Below the pieces are notes generated by a model, which worked only from the letters and a program-made list of their open reading frames with translations, searched no databases and had not been told where the DNA came from. A stretch of 58,962 bases of DNA, counting the filler, from Sphacelaria rigidula (Eukaryota): assembly GCA_964200075.2 (NCBI GenBank). It is 7 parts of 7 records of this genome, joined end to end, with 100 filler letters (N's around TTAATTAATTAA, not from the genome) between each part and the next. Parts side by side here need not be neighbours in the genome. Positions count along the whole stretch, not along the records: positions 50,626 to 58,962 come from CAXNAA020011476.1; 6 more parts are not named here. The stretch is one strand, 5' to 3'. Position 1 is the stretch's first letter; every line of letters starts with the position of its first letter. Shown here in pieces: positions 51,050-58,962 of the stretch. The position numbers and the translations under genes were made by a program.

Positions 51050-52660
51050 CTTCGAGAAAAGCCCCCCCGCTTCGTCCTCCGAAAGAAATCCCACTAGCCT
51101 ACCCAGCACCTACATGCGCCATAAAAGGGGGGCGGGAAGCAGGAGCAATTGGAGTGATGCAAGAATAATATGAGTGGTGTGAAGCTTAAAACGGAATCAC
51201 CTTGTGTGTGTGTTGTGTGTGTATGTTGTCCCATCTATTTTGGACGCCGGTCTACACCTTTTCGGTATATGTGGGCGACACCGGCCGGGGTCACACAGGA
51301 GGAAGGCCAACACTTTTTTCTTTTTTGTTTGTTTTGGTTCGTCACCTTCCTTCTACGGTGCTTGCCTCAAATTTCTATCGCGAGAGGTTCAACAGTCCCT
51401 TTCACTCGTCGGGCATCAAGTCGAATTTTGTGTACCCACGACATAGTCGCTCTCCGTTGTTGGGCACTGTGTGAGAAAACATCCCAGATCGCTCCGAGAT
51501 TCGAACCCAGGACCCAACCGTCAGAAGGTTTCGAGATTAACAACTGAGCCACCGCGACGACCGGCTGCCTTCAAAACAAAAATGTTGAGACTATTCTTAA
51601 TTAAATTTCTCTACAGTAGAGGGACTAATGGGTGGGTGGGCCGATGAACGGCATGATGGCACTCGTGTCTTGCGCACTTCCATCTCCGTCTCGCCTAACT
51701 ATGCGTCTTCGAGCGAGGAGGGAGCGAGAGTTGAAGGTGTGTGTGCATGGGGGGGACTTTGGACACTGCTGACACGCTTGCTGGAAGTATGTACTGTGAG
51801 TTTGAGTGGGAAAAAATGCCTCGACATATTTGAGGAGAAACAGCCTCTTCCTGCACCATGAATGTTCAGAATATGGTCACGGCGTGCAACATTCGAGTTC
51901 GTGCGTAATTTACAAGAAAAGCGTGTTCGCTCGAAGAGAGGGGGGTTGCAGTCAATATTGATACACACACATATATACATGCATATACACATTTTCCACT
52001 CTGTTTTATTTCGGTCATGTCTATCATTAACGACGTTTTCATCCCTGGGGGATCAGTTGAAGTGCGACAACCCTCAAATCAATCAAATTGAACCTACTAC
52101 CTGTGTAGCTTTTTTTTTAGGTCGGCCATCTCTTTCTGTGCTTTGAATTTCTCGATTTTTTTCTCTAGTTATTCCTTTCTTCTTTTTTCTACGCCTCAGT
52201 CTACTATGTCGTTCTGTTCGACTTTTCTCTGCTCCTTCGTTTTCTTGAACGCGTGTTTCAGTTTTGCTTCTCTTGCGTACGTCCATCATGCGACCACGGC
52301 TGAACCTATGGGTGGTCAGTTGAAGTGCGATAATCAATCAACCAATCAATCAATCAGTATATGAAGCGCTCCATTGGAGTAGGTGGTAAGTCAATCGGCC
52401 ACTTTGGGCGGAGTAGTAGTAGTGGGTTTGACTCCCGACCGTAGTGGTGTATTTCGCGGGGTCTTTCCATGGAAAGCGTGAGAACGTGAGTTTATAAAAA
52501 CCATCGATAATAGTCGACGGGCTGCGGTAGTGAGTGTTGATAGTCACCATCCAACGCTTCATACTAGTTTGCAAGGTGGGTACTTGGGGAGCGATGGGTT
52601 GATCTCATGAGCTATGGATTCATCCCGAGGAACGAGAGGGGTGAAGAGTATGACGAGTAC

Positions 52661-52711
<51 letters not shown>

Positions 52712-55476
52712 TTTAGATATACGTTTCTCCAACATTAGATTAGTCTTGAAGTCTCAACGAATTTGCCGGATGTAATCGCATCACTGTGAACTCCAGCCGA
52801 GCGTGGTGCTGAAACGCTTTACCGCTGTTCAACAAGCGACGCATTCATAAAGGCGCTATTGCACCGCATTGAGTGAAGAATGTGCACAAGATCGTGCCTT
52901 AACCCTTTTGGAACCCACTGATGATCTTTGTTTTTGTGAATCGGCATAATTTTTTACTTGAAAATGACTGAAAATGATGCCGATACGCAACAACAAAAAT
53001 CGTCAACGGGTTTCAAAAGGGTTAAAACCGTCGATTTTCTGAAGAAGAAAAAAATATATATAAAAGCGGCGGAACTATACATATTGTAGGGAATCACACC
53101 GGACAAAATATGGGAGGCATCTGCCAACACGCACAGACAAGGACGCATTGTTGATGCTGCACCATGCCTTCAAGCTCCCCAACAGCTTCCCCATGGAAGA
53201 GCGCCTCCGCACCGTGTGTTATCCACGATATGACCAAGACTGAATTCCGATTTGAAACTGCGATACACTCGGCCCAGAAAAAAACAACAACACGGCACTG
53301 ACAGTTTTCAAAGCGTTTGACAGCGCGGAGGAAGCAAAAGTAGCAAGCAGCAAGCAGCACACGCGTGGAGGTCAAGCTGGGAAGATGGCAGCAAGGGTGA
53401 TGCCGCCGACCGAACGCTTCCACAGACCCTTTAGCTCAACTCGATGTTCATATATCGATGGAGAGGTAATCTGATCCAGAAGTCCCGTAAGGCAAGCTCA
53501 GCGGTAATTCGGATTGGGTGTACTAGTGCAGCAAAGCTTGCTAGCCCGAGCGCCACGGTAACGCTGGGGGCAAAGCGCGAGCAGTCTCGTGCGTCCCGTG
53601 CTGATATTTTTTTTTCATTAATTTATTTATTTGTTGCACTTTGAACCCCTCCCCTTCCTCGAGACGAGTCCGTGGTCTCAAGGGATTAACCCATCTCTCC
53701 CCGATACACGCCTTGCTTTTTGGTCTCGCGGATTGGATCAGCACTCCCGCACCGCGTCAGCTCACGTCAGACACACTCAGTAGACTGCTTTGTTCACTCA
53801 CGCTCTCACGCGTTCCACAACCGAAATCACATACTGTACTACGAAGAAAAACCCAACACATCGGGCAAAAAAAAAAGTCGTTCTCTCTACCCTGATGGCG
53901 ACAGTCGGACCACAATAACAATACCGGGGCGCAATCTGATGTCGAAATGTACAGTTCTCCCTCTCTGAGAGCCACGGGTACCATGTGCGAGGGCAAAAGT
54001 CATCCCGAAGTGAACCGTCGGCACATTTATACTATTGCGTAAGCAACCACCGCTTGTGCTGTACTGACTGTAGCATAATATAATCATATCTTCAAGGTTC
54101 TGAAAAAAAACACTCTTGGCGGGATTCGAACCCACGATCTGCTCCCCTGTAGGGGGGGGCGTACTCATTTGTTGCTTGCCTTAGTCGTTTGACCATTGAC
54201 CAGGGCGGCATATCTGCACAAGAATACAATAACCAAAATACGCGGCCTCGATATGAGAAGTCTTGAGCTGAAGTTTCACGCGTACGCTCTACACGTCAAT
54301 ACGCAAAAATATATTGCCTTCTTAGCCAAAAACATGAGAAAAACATATGTATATGTACATGCATATATATGTTGAGGTATGAAATTTCATTTTTTGGAGA
54401 GAATACTGACTAATAAACAATTTGCTGTTTACTTCTTTCTTTTTGGCTACCGCGGTCCTTTTTTGCGTCTTAGGTTCATGTAAAAAAATTCAGCTCCTGA
54501 CTCTTGAAAACGGGCCGTGCAAAAATAGCTGGTCAAGCGCCAAACCTGCCTGAGGCTGACCTATCTTGTATACATATACATATACGTGAATACTTCCTCT
54601 GCCCCGGAAGTAAACGTCCTTATGATTATACATAGACCCTCAACGGTGTCCGACGCCGCAGGCGATATAATTTGTTCAAACTTCGGTGTTTTTTTAGTTT
54701 AAACCCATTTTTTTCGTCGCGCGCACCACCCTGCATGTATAGACGGCCGAGAAAAATACAGTCGGCCCAAAAAAGGCCGTATTTCGCCCCTTTTCCAGGA
54801 GCGAAAAAGTGTCGAAGAAGAAGCAAGAAAACACCTTCGTTGATCGTCTTCGCCGTCACTGGGGCTTGATGCTAGATCGCCCCAGGCCTTCGTAAAGGCC
54901 CCCTAATCATATTTTACCGCTTTTTCTAACTCTCCTGCCTTCTGCCGCACAGATACTCCCCGGTATGCTCCACACCAAAGTCGTTATCGCCCATCGACAC
55001 AAAAAAATCCAAAAAAAAACCGCTAAATTTCCCACTTTCTGACCCACTAACTCTTCGTAAGTCCGAGTTGGATTTTTTTTTTCCCTATAAATATCACCGT
55101 ACTAATAGTTTATCATCAAACCTAACTTTGGCATCGTAGGCAACTCCATTGGCGAGATATGATCTCCCCCCCAGAAGGACCTTTACTTATGGGACAAATG
55201 AAGTATATATATATTGTATATATATCCCGAGGACTAGGAGGGGTCGGAAATATAACGAAACAAGAAGTATATATATATATGGATATATATGTGCACATAC
55301 ACATTTTCCTTCTTTTGTCATTTTTTCTTCGTCTACTCTCTGCCTGCTCAACCTTTCTGTTTCCTTTACTTTTCCTCGGCGAGTGTTTACCTTTTTGTTT
55401 TTTTTTCTCAGTTACGTTTATCATATGGAGAATGACCACGCCAGGTTTACCGGGGGATCAGTTAAAGTGCCACAAT

Positions 55477-55511
<35 letters not shown>

Positions 55512-58500
55512 CCGCTTACCATATATTCTGCTGCACTTGGTTTTGTAGCTTTCATGCTCAGATGAGTGGAACATGACGCTGCAGTATGTTTTACAGATGA
55601 AAAACGAGGTGTGGAAAACTTTCCATCACCGAGATATGAGTCAAATGTCATCATCGGCGGAGATACACGGATTATATGCGCCTTATATCGGGACCCTGCG
55701 TTGAGAACCCCACAATGTAGTATGGGGTCAGACTTGTGTATGAGAAAAATATATATATCGAATGCATTGATTTCTCCTTGTTTTTTCTTCTGTTTTGTCC
55801 TTTTCATCGGACGCCTTACCTTGAAACTCATCTCCCTTCCTTCCCTTCAATATCTTCGTTTATCCAGCTCGTTCTGTTTCACTTCTTTTTCTTTCCCGTC
55901 TTTCCCCTTCCCCGAGAGTTCTTCAGCGCGTGTTTCTGCGTTGTTTACCTTGGGTACATCCATCCTCTGGATAATGACACCGTCTAAATACATCCCTCGG
56001 GGATCAATTAATGTGCGACAATCAATAAATCAGTCAACTTGATTGATCAACTGCATGCATGTTGCGGCCCGAACGCGTACCAACGCTCGTATCCAGTACC
56101 TGTATGGCCCTGATTTTGTCTTCCGTCGTGCGACTGCTCCACCTCTTGGATACCACGTTGGACATGAGAAACAGGAACTGCTGTGTCACCATGGCCTCCA
56201 CTTTTCTTTCCATGCTTGCCTTGGCCTTCGACGCCGACTATTTTTGAGGTGGTTCATGTGGTTGAAAAAAAGCACACACACAAACAAACAAACACAAACA
56301 AGCCAAGAAAAAAAAAAAGGAGGAACGAGGAAAAGTGTTAGACGAATAACTAAATCGCACCAGAAAACACAGCCACATGTTTCCCGACCATTTTTTGGTT
56401 TCATCCCCAAATCGCCCAGTGTGTATGTGTGTGTGTATGTATGGGTGGCTGTGGCTGTTAGTGTGCTTCCATCATGTGAAATGGCATCATGCTTACTTGA
56501 TGAATGACTGTTATTTACAGAACATTCTTGTCCGTCTGTCGACACTCGAAAAACTTGAGCGCGACAAAATATTTTGATATTTTTTGTTGAAATCGTTTTC
56601 GACCGGTGCCAACCGTGTACCCGCAGGTCAGCACCGAGAAATGTACACAGACGCCTATTCCAATTTTCGCTGGCGGGGGAAAGCGAACGGGCGATCCGAA
56701 CCTGGTTCGTTTCACAGCTGTCCTGCCTAAAGCTCAATCTACGGGAGGACGGGTGACTTCAAAGCCAAAACAGAAAACACGACGCGTCCCATTGGCAACC
56801 TCCTACCTGCCAGTCTACTCTCAGGCAAGTACGGATTTGCCAACCTCTGGTATTAGACATCGATGCACTGCACGCTACACACGCATATATCTATGTACAT
56901 CGATATTCAACCACTCATAGCTTGATTTCAACTTCAATGCGCTTGTAGTTATTTTCGTCTTTGTCCCCTTTTTGTATTTGTTCGTTCTCTTGCCCCCCCC
57001 CCTCCCCTCCCTTTTTGACTCTACCCTGTTCGACTGTTCCATCTTTCTATTTTTTGCGCTCTTTTTCAGCAAGTGCCTTCCTGTGAACTGGGTTGGATTC
57101 ATGCGGGGATCAGTTGCCGTGGCGTAATCAATGGAGCGATCAATCAATGCAACCTCTGAAATTTCCTGGAAAATTCCTCTCGATACGCACGGCCCCCTAT
57201 CGATCTTGCGAGGTGACAGATTGATATTACACCAATCTTCTGACTATCGTAGTCTATTACAGCCGAAGAGCTGCGAGAGTGCTTCTACCACGCTCGGCGA
57301 TAAAGTGACAGTCAGGTATTGATGATGGATGGGAGAGACAGGATAATCTCTTTCACGACGACCGACTCGCGCCCCGATGAACGCGGAAGGCTCAAAAATA
57401 CATAAGTTCCACACCCTAGACAAAAGATTGCATTCATGAAAAAAACATATCGCGTACAGTATGGAATCTGCTGTATATTGTAATAGACGTGATAGTCGAT
57501 ACTGCACGCGGCACACGTTTTTATCATCTGTTGTCCAGGGTATAAATAAATTGATAACAAAAAAAATCAGAAGAAAAAGGCTTCTTTCTCAGTACATGTA
57601 TCCCCAGTTCACCTCTCCGACGGCCGCTTCCCCACGTTTGGGACTCCTCTTAACACTGCGGCTTTTTTTGCTGGGAGGGGACGCCACAATCTCATCCCCG
57701 GCTCCGTCTCGGCCAGTTGCATCTAGTTCGTCCCCCGCCGACTGCAGATCAAGAAAAACAGAAACCACGACATCACCAGAAAGAAATAGTGGCGTGAAAT
57801 TGCTTGCAAAAACCTAGTGGTGGGAAAGCGAGCGCGGTTGAACCATCTGGTTTGTTTGACCGCAAAAAAAAATGTTTCGCGTTGTTCGTCTGCAAGCAAC
57901 AAAAGCAGTATTATTAGCAACAGTATCAGCAAGAGCAGCAGCAACAGGAACGACAACATACAGGTAGCAGTAACGTACGAGGCGGTTTGTTGGCATGACT
58001 TCTCCGCCCGCAACCCTCAGGGCACTCCTTTGGGCATAATATCCAAAACAACACCATCATTTTGGAACCGAGCATGTCCGAGTGTGTCTGAACGCCAGGC
58101 TCACGGTCGGTGTACACAAGATGCTGAAAGCTACCAAGACGGGAGCTTCCCCCACCTGACACGTTTATGGGCAGGAGCCCCGTGGGGTCCAATTTGCCTC
58201 CACCCCACGTAGAGCAGATGAAAGTCTCCTTGTTTTTTTATTTAGCAAAAGTCGAGAAACACAACTCAAACCACGATTCCGAGTTCAAATCATCGAGGGA
58301 CATGAGTTACGCCGCACAGCTTCCCCCCCCCCCCAATGGTTGCTCCGTCTCGAAAGGGATGCGTGGTCAATGGTCAAACGACTAAGGCAAGCAACAAATG
58401 AGTACGACCCCCCACCCAACGGTTGCTCGTGCATTTCCTACCTCGTGCTCGTAGGAGATGTGGGCCACGGCCTGGAGCGCCACGGTGGCCTGTTCTGCTC

Positions 58501-58576
58501 TGGGACCGCACAGCTGCCACGACACTTGCTCGAGGATCTGAGGCAACACGCCTTCGATCATCGCCTTGGGTGAAAC
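51050..58576 (-). CDS. Partial multi-exon gene, probable ATR (Mec1/Rad3) kinase UME-domain region; exons 58576-58442, 57741-57613, 56237-56100, 51109-51050
   Basis: Four AG/GT-bounded phase-0 exons splice to VSPKAMIEGVLPQILEQVSWQLCGPRAEQATVALQAVAHISYEHE-SAGDEL...AAVGE-SASKAKASMERKVEAMVTQQFLFLMSNVVSKRWSSRTTEDKIRAIQ-VLGRLVGFLSEDEAGGLFSK. The helix pattern recalls the ATR segment entering the UME domain (from memory, not a search). Confidence 0.62.
51203..51565 (-). mobile_element. tRNA-derived SINE, full length, intronic
   Basis: Minus strand GCCGGTCG...TGGCTCAGTTG (A box)...GGTTCGAATC (B box), body homologous to 19915-20280, CA-rich tail. Confidence 0.88.
51975..52357 (+). mobile_element. Two adjacent non-LTR 3' ends, (CAAT)n-tail family
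   Basis: GGGGGATCAGTTGAAGTGCGACAA (~52047) and GGGTGGTCAGTTGAAGTGCGATAATCAATC (~52310), each after a T-rich tract. Confidence 0.8.
52667..52711. repeat. (CT)n microsatellite
   Basis: Seen directly. Confidence 0.97.
52903..53021. mobile_element. 119-bp piggyBac-type MITE
   Basis: TTAA at 52899-52902 and 53022-53025. TIR CCCTTTTG(G/A)AACCC. Internal ~30-bp inverted repeat. Confidence 0.88.
54103..54209 (-). other. tRNA-like Pol III unit or SINE head containing cassette C
   Basis: Minus strand GCCGCCCTGGTCAATGG (A-box-like)...GTGGGTTCGAATCCCGC (T-arm/B box)...TTTTTTTT. The acceptor stem does not pair, so it is not a functional tRNA. Confidence 0.55.
55300..57148 (+). mobile_element. Three further non-LTR 3' ends, (CAAT)n-tail family (~55300-55511, ~55770-56040, ~56950-57148)
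   Basis: Each has a T/C-rich tract, GGGGATCA(G/A)TT, and a (CAAT)n tail. The range also spans a host exon (56100-56237) that is not part of the repeats. Confidence 0.78.
58342..58428 (+). repeat. Cassette C copy between C-runs
   Basis: Best-preserved copy. CCCAA(T/C)GGTTGCTC occurs both before and after it. Confidence 0.85.
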
Positions 58577-58962
58577 CTTAGGGAAGTAGCTTTTTTCATA
58601 CGTGGCCCGGTGAAGCATCAAAACGGAGGAAGGGTACCGTGAAACACGGGTCGCGGTTGAGAGGTTCGTAGCGCAGCGATATGCGATAAGCGTGAGGCTT
58701 GCGGCCGGGAATGCATGCCTAGGGTCACGGTTAGCGGCTTTACTGTCAGGATTATGGTCAGAGGTGGACCTGGACCTGAGGGTATCCTGGGAGATCACAG
58801 CATAAGACCTGCAACGCATATATTTCCAAGGTCCGGGCATGCATCAGGGGGGGTAATATATGCGTGGCGTACAGCGTATCCACGAACGGTACCCTAAGGT
58901 ACGATAGGAATAGCCGAATATAGCACTTCACAGGGCTGGTTTTAAGGGGGGACGGGGGGGGG

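Noticed and set aside
58342-58428. Hammerhead ribozyme in cassette C
   Set aside because: CGAAA and ATGAG are present, but the CUGANGA core reads CAAATGA and stem II does not pair properly.
1-58962. Treating SAMDC, CFAP52, ATR-like and Gypsy as a linked cluster or system
   Set aside because: They lie on separate contigs joined by artificial spacers and sorted by length, so adjacency is meaningless.

Overview
This is not one locus. It is seven unrelated, size-sorted contigs of 8337-8338 bp (1-8338, 8439-16776, 16877-25214, 25315-33651, 33752-42088, 42189-50525, 50626-58962), joined by artificial 100-nt spacers (N44-TTAATTAATTAA-N44). The DNA comes from an intron-rich, repeat-rich eukaryote with flagellar genes, most plausibly a brown alga or other stramenopile (inference). 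Host genes rebuilt by hand from GT-AG exons: seven internal exons of CFAP52/WDR16 (contig 4, +); the first coding exon of S-adenosylmethionine decarboxylase (contig 5, -); and four phase-0 exons of a probable ATR kinase covering the UME-domain region (contig 7, -). The rest is mostly mobile DNA: a decayed Ty3/Gypsy gag-pol interrupted by a 205-bp TIR element; two ~1-kb copies and one 119-bp non-autonomous piggyBac-type element (TTAA); several hAT-like and fold-back MITEs, some nested; a tRNA-derived SINE; many non-LTR 3' ends with (CAAT)n tails; and an RTE-like RT scrap. The best lead is the SAMDC 5' region. A candidate 73-nt intron there switches an upstream ATG between a 13-aa uORF whose stop overlaps the main ATG (TGATG) and an in-frame proline-rich N-terminal extension, and two perfect TGACGTCA boxes lie upstream. 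Most short ORFs in the supplied track are spurious.
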